NCBI GenBank assembly: GCA_951406725.2
Contig: OX597823.1
Coordinates: 7,626,001-7,690,000 of the forward strand
From: Octopus vulgaris
Lineage: Eukaryota
Length of the DNA stretch: 64,000 nt
Reading direction: 5' to 3'
Both the position numbers and the translations under genes were made by a program. Shown in pieces: positions 26,293-38,242 of this stretch. The first letter of the stretch is position 1; each line of letters begins with the position of its first letter. Under the pieces are notes generated by a model that was not told the DNA's origin, did no database searches, and worked only from the letters and a program-made list of their open reading frames with translations.

Positions 26293-27706
26293 TAGGGTGG
26301 CCCATTTTATAAGGGTGATTTTTACATTTCTTTATTTTTTATATATCACCCCTGCAGATTATGAGGTTAGGTATAAAAATGTCCTTAGTGAATTTTTAGT
26401 ATGATTGAACGATATTTGGTAGTGTCCACAAGGCTGATATATTATGGTAATATATATGCTCATACACACATATATATATCAGCAAACATATATACGTGTA
26501 CATTACTTGTTATGTATATATGCATATGGAGTATCTTTTCTACTGCTGAAGTAGTAGCAGATACTACTAACATTGCACTGTGATCACTTATTTTAGTACC
26601 ATCCAAAGCCACTGCCACATCAGCCTATATTATTTGCTCATGAGTTTTTGATCTTTTACTGGGAGGAGTTTGGGATGATCTCGTGGGATGATCTCGGTAG
26701 TGGCTCATCATTAGACTCACCACTGCTGTTATCACTGCTGCTTTCCAAAGTAACAACTGATTGCTCTTTCTTGCAAAAAATCTCTACGTCCCTTCTCTTC
26801 TTTTACCCGTTTGCATTTCCTCTGTTCCTCTGCAGCATAATTCCTGTCAATGGCACTCGTATAACCTCGCCTTACTTTTTCTCTCTGAGCATTTAGAAAT
26901 AAACGATCTTCCTCATTTGATATCATTTTCATTGCATCAGCATGAGCAATGTCAAATAAGTCATCCAAGCAATCCTTGAATTTGGTTTCATTTGCAGTTC
27001 GATTTTGATTTCTTCTTGATTTTGTTTTTTTGAAGTGATCTATATTGTTCATTCGTTTTTTGAATCTTGGTAAGCACATGTTGTTTGTCCGTGATTGGTA
27101 TCTTAGCATTGTCCCAGATCTCATTTATTTCTGAATACACAATATCTGATGCTTCCTTCACTGTTTTCTTATCATGTGTGAGATAGAAAAGGCACAGCAA
27201 TACATCTCCAACTGATGGGAGTTTTTTTTTTTACTACTAATCTTTTCAATCATGTATCCAATAAGCCAAATTTGTTTTTCACTTCTTTTCATTGAAACAG
27301 ACATGTTTAATCAAAACATTACGGCAGTGGGGCACTGGACATATTTACACATGACAAAAGCTACAACAATACTGATTAGGGGGGAATACAGCCTATGGGC
27401 ATAGAGTGAAGTGTAGCCTTACACAAGTAGGGAGAGGAGGAGATCATTTGAAATATGTATGTGTGTGTCTGCTGCATTGTTCAGATAATTTGGTCACTGC
27501 ACTAACTATTTTATATATTGATAAATGGAATACTTTTACTATCTCTTGCTTACAAGTTATTTATTATATTAAGTTTTATTTCATGCTGGAAATGGAATAC
27601 TGAATCACTTAGTAGCAACACTAAGTACTATGGAATTATCTTCAAATTTCAGGCAGACGGCCTGTGAGTTCAACATCTCTCAAATTTATTTTTTTGGTTC
27701 ACCCTA
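26293..27706 (-). mobile_element. Internally deleted hATm-type DNA transposon
   Basis: Termini TAGGGTG...CACCCTA, degenerate 8-nt flanks atatatat / acatacat, frameshifted ORF IWLIGY...KLPS...IWDNAKIP...LDDLFDIAHADA...EDRLFLNAQRE (family assignment from memory). Confidence 0.68.
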
Positions 27707-27743
27707 ACATACATAGATATATACATATTATATATAGGTATAT

Positions 27744-27964
27744 AAAAAGCACCATCCGACCGTGGCCGTTGCCAGCCTCGTCTGGCACGTAAAAAGCACC
27801 CACTACACTTACGGAGTGGTTGGCATTAGGAAGGGCATCCAGCCATAGAAACATTGCCAGATCAGACTGGGCCTGGTGCAGCCTTCTGGCTTCCCAGACC
27901 CCAGTTGAACCATCCAACCCATGCTAGCATGGAAAGCGGATGCTAAACGATGATGATGATGATG
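27744..27964 (+). mobile_element. RTE 3' UTR repeat
   Basis: Same family, 5'-truncated. Confidence 0.78.
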
Positions 27965-27989
27965 ATATATAAATTTTATATATTTTTAC

Positions 27990-29050
27990 AACAACAACAA
28001 ACGTAATGTGTGGAACCCAACCATCAAGGCTCAAAAAAAGAAAATACCCAACATTGAGGGATGGATTGCAGCACACTCACATCCAATCCCTTTCTTTGTC
28101 CTAACTGAGACCCACCTAAACGACTGTCATTTAGTGGCTGAACTGAAAATCAGAGACTTCACTGCCATTCATGCTAATTGGGCAGGCTGAAGAAAGGGTA
28201 GAATTGCTATTTTCCTCCATGATTCCATCAGCGCAGATACCAAGGACATTTTCTCCAGTGGCTACTGCAAATCAGTCTCTCTACATAACAAGTGTAAAGA
28301 CCTGTCTGTGATTGGGCCCTACAGACACCCACAAGCACCCTTAAACTATTTCCAAGAGTGCCTTGAGAAGATCAAATCATTCCTCCTGCAGTGTAACCCA
28401 GGAAATATTCTGCTGATGGGCAACTTTAACCTACACTCTGTAGACTGGTCCACTAATATTGTTTAGACCAGGAACCTTTATCTCAAGCTCAGACAAAACA
28501 GCAGTAGAGTTACTTTCTAAATTTATGGATAATTTTTTCCTCTCACAACTCGTCCATGAACCAACCAGAAATAACCAAAGTGTCTTGGACCTAGCAACCA
28601 TGCTAACACTATTCATAACATTACTGTGGAAAGAACCCTCCTGTCTGATCGTGACATAGTACTCTGTTACCTCAATCTTCAACATCCTAAAATTTGCATA
28701 AATCGCTAACTCCAGTGCAATCATTTGATAACATGAATTTACACAAGTCAAACTGGAGTGCAATCACTCAAGACTTATCACAAGTGGACTGGTCCTTCGC
28801 CCTTACTTCCTCCAATACCACAACAAACACAAACGCATGGCAACTATTTGAGGACACAGTCACCCACATGTGCTCAAACCACACACCCTCACGACTCATA
28901 AACAACAGTAGATGCAGGATTCCAAAGCAGAGAAATTCGCTCACCAGGAGAATAAAAAGAATAGACTGAAAAATGAGTACCCTAAATTACCACCATCACC
29001 ATCACACCCGATCAAGTACATTAACAACCTTGGGATCAAGGAAGCAACAA
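27990..29050 (+). mobile_element. Decayed CR1/L2/Jockey-group LINE, AP-endonuclease region
   Basis: VLTETHL, PYRHP, LLMGNFN and FLSQLVHEPTRNNQSVLDL motifs, with stops and frameshifts. Confidence 0.8.
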
Positions 29051-29059
29051 CTGCAGGAC

Positions 29060-30455
29060 TGGAATTAAATGCAGCTGTTATTCAAATTTTTTTGCTTCCA
29101 ACACATGTTTCGAAGATATCAATGTTATTATTCCAAAGGAATAAAATGGTGTAAAACAATGTAATCTTCTCTTCAAGAAAATGAAGAAATGAAACTCATT
29201 AAGACATTTTAACAGAAAATGATGGATATTTATAGTGATTAACTGAACACTATTAAGTCTGTTTCAAAAAAACTTTAGAGGATATAACGTCAAAGGTAGC
29301 CTATAGAAAGAGGAGAGGTAAAAAAACCCAAATAAATGAGAAATATATAACTATATGTATATTAACTAAAACCATATAGACTTGGAGAAAGGTATATCTT
29401 GTGAGTGTGAAATGTAAGAAGAAAATTAATGTTTAAATTATATATAATGATAGATATCACTTATATGAACTAAAGGTGTGTTTCTGCCAATGTTTACATT
29501 GGTATGCATGCTCTATAACCATGTTTACAAGGAGATTTTTAGAAAAAAGAATAAAAAATAGTTCAGAATTACAGAGAAGACAGAATTCCTTGCCTTTGTC
29601 ATAAGGTATCGAGATTGAGAGAATCAACCAATCTAAATTAAATTGTATATTGTAGTCTTTTAGCTACCAAATTAATTTACTAAGCCCTGTACTGTTACGT
29701 TTATTCCTATCCCTAAATGTAGAGTAATGATGAGAAATTCTTTTAGACAACTGAGAAGATGAGCTTCCTATATACAAAAATACTTCATTACCAGAAGTAA
29801 TTTTACACTGGTATATAGAATTTTTAATTTTAGTGTTACTTCATATAAACTTGATTCTGTTGTAATTGACTTCAGATACAATAACCTTGTTATTAATATT
29901 TCTAAGGGGATGGATGGTATTAGCTAAATTAATGTTGTATTAGTAAATGTACCAACATTTAACAGGTTAGTATTATATGAAGAGATTTTTTGTATTGGAA
30001 AAACCAATCCTAACTGTGTGAGAGTTGTTAATAGAGTAATATCTAGAATTCTGTGGAAAATTCCTTATAATAGCTTCTTGAAACTGCAAAGGAAAATTGG
30101 ATTTAATTTGCCTCCCATAAGGAATAATTAACCAAACAGTTTTACTATTAGTTACCTTATTTTTAGTGTAACTATCTTTGAAAGACATAGATTTACCTTT
30201 AGAATGAAAATAGGGGATTAAATAAAGGTTATCTCCCTTCTGTTTGGTGTTGTCGTATAAATTGGAATTGATATCATATCCTTACAGCTAAATTTCGTAT
30301 CTCAATTAGTAAAGGTAGAATAAAATTGAATGGAATTAATGTAGGTAACTTTCTCTGTATAACCTGCTTCAAGTAAGGAAGAGTTATAAAATTCTGCTAA
30401 TGTTGACATTTTCAATGTAAGGCCGAATTTTTATATACATAAAAATGATAAGGCC
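29060..30455 (-). mobile_element. Penelope-like retroelement 3' portion (linker, GIY-YIG endonuclease, 3' UTR)
   Basis: VWLIIPY...NFPQN...TVRIGFS linker, then IYQCKITSGNEVFLYIGSS...KRISHHYSTF...STGLSKLIW*LK...CLLCNSE...LLVN...CKH; 5' end abuts a (TG)n tract. Confidence 0.85.
29095..29181 (-). ncRNA. Degenerate type I hammerhead in the Penelope-like 3' UTR
   Basis: ttttc-tTGAAGA-gaagat...atcttc-GAAA-catgtg-TT-ggaag; C3 has changed to U. Confidence 0.6.
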
Positions 30456-30721
30456 AAATATATGTGTGTGTGTGTGTGTGGAGGAATGACAAAGGGAGAT
30501 AATCACTGGGGTTTTTTTCCCTTAAACACCAGGCTTTTTCTCCTCCATATTTTAAAGAGGTCTCAGGCCAGCAGTGTTTGTGATCTGTAGATACGCTGTA
30601 AGTCTGAACCCCTTATGAGCAAAAAACTCAGGGTAACCCCTTAAACCCCACTATAATATTAACTGCTCTACTGAGATTGTGCTTCTCCTCTGGATTTATG
30701 TATTTCTACAAATGATCCTAC

Positions 30722-30752
<31 letters not shown>

Positions 30753-30813
30753 AGTATGGTGGTGCAAACAAAAAAAATAAAACTTAAAATATGAGTATAT
30801 GTACAGTTTTGTT

Positions 30814-30946
30814 AATATTTATCAGAAGCACGGAGTGACTCAAGGTCCTAGAGTTTCATTCATTGGCACTTATCAATTACAATGATAAGTATCATCACAC
30901 AAAACTCTCAGACCTTGAGTCATTCTGTTGCTCCTTCTAAATATTT
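30814..30946. repeat. Imperfect ~130-nt hairpin
   Basis: ggagtgactcaaggtc..gagttt pairs with aaactc..gaccttgagtcattct; inner stem acttatca / tgataagt. Confidence 0.8.
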
Positions 30947-31579
30947 ATAAATATATATATATAATTGTTTATGGTACAAAGACATGAAGATGAGAAAAAA
31001 AGACTATTAATACAAAATATATATATATGTATATATGTGTGTGTGTGTATATATATATTTATATATATATATATATATGTATATGCTCGCACACACACAC
31101 ACAACACACGTATAATATATAAATCTGCCTCAACAAATTGTTTCTGACATATGGAAGCATAGGATAGTGGATGTTAAAATGAAAATATGTATGTTTTCAG
31201 ATGCATATTTTGATGCATATTTTGTGAAGACATTCTCTCCAAAAGAGCTTTTTGTTAAACTAAACATTATTATCATCTACACATCTATCTTGCCTGTCGC
31301 TAGTGCACAATTTTCTTGTTGATGTCTGTCAATGATGTTTGCTTACAGTGAATTTTTATCTTTAGCAAATGTTGTAATCCTTGGATACAAACAGACTCTC
31401 ACTATGCCCTTATGCATATACTTATATACACATATATAGATGTATCTATATGTGTGTGTATGTACGCAGGTTCTTTTTAAACAGACTGTCACTTTCCGAT
31501 CATTTTTTTTTAACAAATTATCCTATTAGAATACTATATAAAATACTAATGATATGAGATGACATTTAATCTGAAATAT

Positions 31580-31958
31580 GCAGACATGGTTATGTGATGG
31601 AGAAGCTTGCTTCCCAACCTTGTGGTCTTAGGTTCAATCCCACTGTGTGGCATCATGGGTGTTTTCTGATATAGCCCTGGACTGAGCAAAACCTTGTGAT
31701 TGGGATTTGGTATATGGAAACTGAAAGAAGCCCGTCATGTATGTATGTATATATCTACATGTGTATATTTGTGTTTGTGTTAGGTTTGCCCCAGCACCAC
31801 CACTTGACTACTGATGTTGGTTTTTCTGTGTCCCTGTAACTTAGTGGTTCAGTAAAAAGAGACTATCAGAATAAGTACTGTGGTTAATTTGTTTGATTAA
31901 ACCCTTTGAGGTTTTGCCCCAGCATGTCCACAGTTAAATGACTGAAACAAGTTAAAGT
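31580..31958 (+). mobile_element. SINE family B, diverged
   Basis: Recognisable head, core and tail. Confidence 0.75.
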
Positions 31959-32456
31959 TATAAGGTCTCTAGTTTCTCTGTGGGTATGATTACTGAAAAA
32001 TATTTTCTGTTCATTTATATTACTTTCTGTTGTATCTTTAACAGGTTAACATGATTGTTTGACCTAAGAGAAAAGTTGACTCAAAAAAAAAAAAAATCTC
32101 TAAAACCCTTTCAAAATATTCTTTAATAGATTACATAAACTTGCCATTAACTAGAGGTGAATTCCATTTGCACTTAATTAACTTACAAAATATATTTATA
32201 AAATACTGAGTAAATAATCTCTATTAAATTGCCACTATGTACATATGTAACACTTTAACTATGAAATAAGATGAAAGTGGTAATCCGTTATACATGCTAC
32301 TTTTTTTTATTATTTATAAGACAATTGACTGATAAATAAATATTCCAAATTAAATATGATTATATATATATACACAGTAACAAAAGGGTTAAATGAAGCA
32401 CAGTAACTGCCTCACTGAGCTGTAGATTTTATAAGCAATTGTGTGTATGTGTGATG

Positions 32457-32491
<35 letters not shown>

Positions 32492-32735
32492 TAATAAAAA
32501 GGGTTCAACAAAAGAATTGCCTCACCACATACCGAAGTTCAGAAATAGCAGCCAAAATCTTAGCCATTTCTTCTACTTTAAAAAGGGTCTTCCAGAGAAC
32601 CCAAAATACTTGAAGTTTAATCACACAGGCAGAGAGTAAAGTAACGAAAATCAATCAATGTCTGATCGTCCATAGATGCGCGTTTCTGAATTAGGTTTTT
32701 TCATAAAGAATATAAAAGTATATATATATATATAT

Positions 32736-33090
32736 CCCAGCCACATGGTTCCGGGTTCAGTCCCACTGTGTGGCACCTTGGGCATGTGTCTTCTACTTTT
32801 GCCTCCAGCCAACCAAAGCCTTGTGAGTGGATTTGATAGATGGAAACTGTAAGAAGCCCATAGTGTATACATATGTGTGTTTCTTTTCATCTGTGCTTGT
32901 CTCCTAGTACCACTTGACAACCAGTGTTGGTGTGTTTACATCCTTGTAACTTAGTGTTTTGGCAAATGAGACCAGTAGAATAAGTACCAGATTTAACAAA
33001 TTAAGTACTGGAGTTGATTCATTCAACTAAAAATTCTTCAAAGTGATGCCCCAGCACGGCCACAGTCTAATGGCTGAAACAGTAAAAGAT
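32736..33090 (+). mobile_element. SINE family B, 5'-truncated
   Basis: Begins at cccagccacatggttccgggttcagtccc. Confidence 0.8.
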
Positions 33091-33180
33091 GCACACACAC
33101 ACATACACGCACGCACACATACACACATTTATTTATAAAATCTACAGCTCAGTGAGGCAGTTACTGTGCTTCCTTTTCAT

Positions 33181-33632
33181 TTAACCCTTTTGTTACTGTA
33201 TTTATTTCGAGATGCTCTGTGTTTCTTTTGAATACTTTAACCCTTTAGCATTTAAACCGGCCATATCTGGCTGAAATGTTCTACTTGTTTTATGTTCAAA
33301 TTGGCCAGCTCCAACCTCTCGCACAGACCCTATAATATCATTCTTACAAATAAACGATTGCATCATCGAAATCTTGAAGCTACATGAAAATGCATGTTTA
33401 ATTCAAAACAATATAAGTTAATAAGCATTACAATTGACAGAATAATCTGAATGCTAAAGGGTTAAATAAACAAAGAATTTAGTGAAATAACTTAGTTATC
33501 ATTCAGCTAGTATTAGGAACATAAATTGTGGCTAAGGTTTGGTGGAAGATTTTAATTCAGAACTTATGAAAACATGACATTCGTACTCAGAGCCAGAGCC
33601 GGTTTCAGCCGGGTTGGTAACAAAAGGGTTGA
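33181..33632 (-). mobile_element. MITE M1 with a second TTAA MITE (M2, 33237-33465) nested in it
   Basis: Inner element ttaa-ccctttagcatt...aatgctaaaggg-ttaa; a decayed M2 copy lies at about 36650-36845. Confidence 0.82.
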
Positions 33633-36240
33633 TGGAACTGCAGATTTAAGTCCAGCCAATTGCATTTTACTCTGATATGGAAACAAAATGTATATAGTAC
33701 AGCACAGCTTGCTGAAATTTCTAAAAGCTTTACTTGCAGAGTAGTAGCAAAGCAGAATAATATTACAAGTAGAATATGTCTTTGATTTTACTCCATTGTT
33801 AAGGTTCTTTACGTTTTTTCACATAAAGATAAAAATCATAGGTAACAGCACTAAAGGTAGAAGTGATTGTAAGTCTATAACAAAACAAGGTTGTTTTAAA
33901 AGTTCTTGCCTTCAATACACCATCTCAAAAGTCAAATACTTTAGAAAAAATACAATTTGAAAAAAATTATTTCATCGTTCTCTATAAACTTCCAACAATC
34001 TTATAATTTTAAAAATAATTTGGGAATTTTATCTATCATCTTCTATAGAATTTCTCACAAAAATGTTCATTAAAAAGATTTAAGTCTGTGGAAATTGTGT
34101 AAACTGAAACTCTGCATTAAGAAAGTGTTTTCTTATTCATCTCACATTTATAATTTGCAAATTTCATTAAAACTGATATGGCAAAAGTTTAGTGGCAGTA
34201 CATGAGGTGTACAGGATGTGTGGACTGCACAGGGCAGCTAATTTTGTGTTTGCTGCTGTTAAAGGTATATGTGCAAGGAAAGGAGTGGCCAATCTACAGT
34301 ATGCCACTGCAAAAGTTTTCCTATTTTAAAACTGACCATCAAAAGAATGAATGATGAAAGAGTGAATTTTCTTTCAACAATTTTTTTTAAATGTTTTTTT
34401 TTTTTTGTTTCTTTGTTTTGCGATGCCAAGTAGCGTTAGATCAGTTTTGTTGATTGCTTCTTTTATCAGTGTTTGACTTTGACATATTTGCTTTTCCTCT
34501 AATTTGGACAATGGTATTGCATTAAATGGTCGAAATAATTGACCACATTTGCTATTGCTGCTGTAAGGCAAAATGTCGTTGAGTAGATTAAACAAGAATG
34601 AATAGTGTAAGCATGATTAACAGACAAATGGAATAGGAAATACTGATGATTGATCTGCTATTCTTTATACTTAATTTAATGCAGTAGTCATCAGTTATTT
34701 GTAGCTTTTCATTTGTTTTCATTCTTTGCACTGACACTTTCTATTAGATTATATGTTAGCAGATGTGGTCATTACTTTGGAAGTTTGTAAATATTCTGAT
34801 GTGATTGATTTAGATATTAATGTTGGTTCTTAGAAGGTAACAATGTATTTTTTTCTCCAAAACTTACTTGATTGTAGTATCCCTTGTGACTTATGTTAAA
34901 ATACTCATTAGGCTTATTTATATTGTATTTATTTGATGCTATTCAGTTATTTGATGAATGAAACTAATTTTTCATTTTTCACAGTTGTGTTGTTAGATTT
35001 GAAATTATGAATTTTATCTTAAGTTATACCATATTTGATTTATTGTAGAAAGAAAATATATATTCAATTACACTAGAAAATACAGTTGACAGTCTTATTT
35101 TTCTTTCCCCGTTTCACTATTTTAATTAGTGCAATTAAAAACCCAGTTGTTTATGATATTTTTCGATCTATCTTAATACATTACAATATTCACAAAGAAA
35201 GGACAGTAAAAGCCTTTTCTCTTGATGTTTTGTGAGAGCTTCTTTTTTAATTTAGCCACCATATTTGCTTTAGGCATTAAGATCATCAATATTTACTCAT
35301 TCAATTTAAAAGATGTTTTCCTACTAATGGTTATTATTAGCACTTGACTTTATTTATCAGCATCAGTTGAGTCACATTTTCAATGTGAGAAATAGTAAGT
35401 AATGAGTTTTGGGGATTTTTTTTTTTTTTTGCTCAGTTGTACTTCTTAAATTCTCAAAGTGGTGGCTTTGTTTCATAAATCTTTCACAATAGACTTCCTT
35501 GGTTACTAATACTTGATTATTTCTAACTTCTTTCTCGAAAGTCAATGTACATGAATATGTATTGTTGTATATGCATTTTATAAATCATTAGTTATTGTCA
35601 CCACTGTGACACTCTCTATCTCTATTCACTATATTTTAACAAATTAAGTAAATCTTCTTGATAAGGCAAAATGGTAGATTTTGCATCTGAATGAAGAAAT
35701 AAATAAAAAAAAAAAACAATTAAACATTTGTATAATATCTCTAAATGAGCAATATTTTAAATAAATTCAGGTTTTTGTTTTTTCTACGTTGCCTATTACT
35801 TAGGGTTGGAGATCATGAATGCATGCATCATCTCTCTCTGGCCATGGTTGCACATTCAGCCAGAGAGCTTCTGGTCTATACTTTGATGTTATCCAGCTCG
35901 ATGACTTCTTGGTCACCCTATTCTTCATTTCAGTATGTGGGTGCTGAGGTTCCAGGCCCTGATGACCTGCCCAAAATACTGCAGTTTTCTCTTCCTTACA
36001 GTTGCCAAAAATTCTCTTCCTCGTCCCATTTCCTCAAGTTTGTTCCATATCCTCAAAGGACTTGTTTGATGGTCAGTCCTATTAATCCTCAATACTCTTC
36101 AGTAGTACATTATTTCAAATGATTTAAGTCTGTCAGTGTTGTTTGCTCTTAGGGTCCAGCTTCCATATCCTCCCGATGCAACAGACCAAACTAGTGTCAT
36201 CAGGAGCTTTAACTTTCTGATAACTCTGTCAAATGTAATA

Positions 36241-36649
36241 CTCTTTTACTCTTTTACTTGTTTCAGTCATTTGACTGTGGCCATGCTGGAGCACCGCCTT
36301 TAATCGAGCAACTCGACCCCGGGACTTATTCTTTTGTAAGCCCAGTACTTATTCTATCGGTCTCTTTTGCCGAACCGCTAGGTAACGGGGACATAAACAC
36401 ACCAGCATCGGTTGTCAAGCGATGTTGGGGTGTACAAACACAGACACACAAACATATACACATACACATACATATATATATACATATATACAACGGGCTT
36501 CTTTCAGTTTCCGTCTGCCAAATCCACTCACAAGGCTTTGGTCGGCCCGAGGCTATAGTAGAAGACACTTGCCCAAGGTGCCACGCAGTGGTACTGAACC
36601 CGGGACCATGTGGTTGGTAAACAAGCTACTTACCACACAGCCACTCCTG
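36241..36649 (-). mobile_element. SINE family B
   Basis: Reverse-complement full-length copy. Confidence 0.88.
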
Positions 36650-37124
36650 TAATGCCTATTCATTCACATTGTTTTGAATTAAACATGCATTATCTTGCAG
36701 CTTTGAGATTTGGATGATGTAACTAGTTTTCGTTTTTTAGAATGGCATTGTAGGGTATGTGTGGGAGGCCAGATGTGGCTGATTTGAACATAATTTGGTA
36801 GAATATTTTGGCCAGATATGGCCAGTTTAAATGTTAAAGGGTTAGTTTGATGCTTTTATTCAAAGCTTTGTGTTTCTAGATCGTATCAGGTGATTTTTTT
36901 TTTTATGCTGACCTTGCTGCTTATATCTCCTGATTGTTCTAAGTTGGCACGTAAATACTTAATCTTGGTGACCTGCATAATTCCAGAATTTGAATATTTA
37001 TAAAACTATTTAAAGACGTATTTTGATAATGTGAACATACGAAATTTGATTTTTAAAATATATGACGAAATTTATTGTAATATGGCCTTTATCTAATTCT
37101 ATTTTGGAAGTTATATGAATATAG

Positions 37125-37272
37125 ATATGTATATATAAATACATACATAAATATATGCACACACACATGTGCGTGTTTATCTTTGTATGTATATCTGTAT
37201 ATCTATGTGTTTGTACATATATATACATATGTGTGTGTATATATATATATATATATATACACACACATGTGC

Positions 37273-37303
<31 letters not shown>

Positions 37304-37358
37304 ATATGTGCGTGTGTATTTATATATATATGTACTTGCACACACATTCATATATGTG

Positions 37359-37423
<65 letters not shown>

Positions 37424-37476
37424 ATATATGTGTGTGTGTATATCTATATATATGTGTGTGTGTGTGTATATATATA

Positions 37477-37525
<49 letters not shown>

Positions 37526-37582
37526 ATAAATATACGTATATGTATACAAAAGTATATGTACACAGACACATATACACATATA
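37125..37582. repeat. Long compound (TA)/(TG)/(CA) microsatellite
   Basis: About 450 nt of alternating purine-pyrimidine; similar blocks at 8090-8430, 21270-21378, 22190-22350, 38001-38108 and 61690-61910. Confidence 0.95.
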
Positions 37583-37584
37583 TC

Positions 37585-37995
37585 TTTTATTTTTTCAGTC
37601 CTTCAATTGCAGCCATGCTGAGGTTTCCTTAAGGAAGTTTTAGTCAAACAAATTAGCCCTAGTACATTTTTTTATTTTTAGTCAGACATTTATTCTACCA
37701 GCGTTTTTTGATGCAACACCATCTTTGAGATGTAAACAAAGGAACTCCAGTTGTGAAGCAGTGGTGTGGGACAAACTTAAAGACACATACAAATACATAT
37801 ACGTGTGTGTGTGTGTGTACACACATACACACACAACCTTACTCCCACTGTTCCCATGTACCAAGTTCACTCACAAGGCATTGGTTGGTCGGAGGTTATA
37901 GTCAAAGACACTTGCCCAAGGCGCCTCAATATGGGGCTAAACCAATAACCACGTGATTGCCCAGTGAGCTTCTTAACTGCAAAGCCATACCTGCA
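37585..37995 (-). mobile_element. SINE family B, diverged
   Basis: Degenerate reverse-complement copy between two microsatellite blocks. Confidence 0.7.
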
Positions 37996-38036
37996 CTTTT
38001 TATACATACACACACACACACACTTGCATGCATACA

Positions 38037-38102
<66 letters not shown>

Positions 38103-38110
<8 letters not shown>

Positions 38111-38242
38111 AAATTTAGAGGACTGACCACTAAAAGTGGACAGCCTATATGCTAGATATAGATGTCAAATCACCATTTAACGTCTATATCTAGCATATAG
38201 GCTGTCCACTTTTAGTGGTCACTCCTCTAAATTTTGTATATA
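38103..38242. repeat. 140-nt near-perfect hairpin
   Basis: tatatacaaaatttagagga.tgaccactaaaagtggacagcctatatgctagatataga followed by its reverse complement, loop cacc. Confidence 0.93.

Noticed and set aside
37010-37632. Long Cys/Val/Tyr/Ile- or His/Thr-rich ORFs
   Set aside because: Translations of dinucleotide microsatellite
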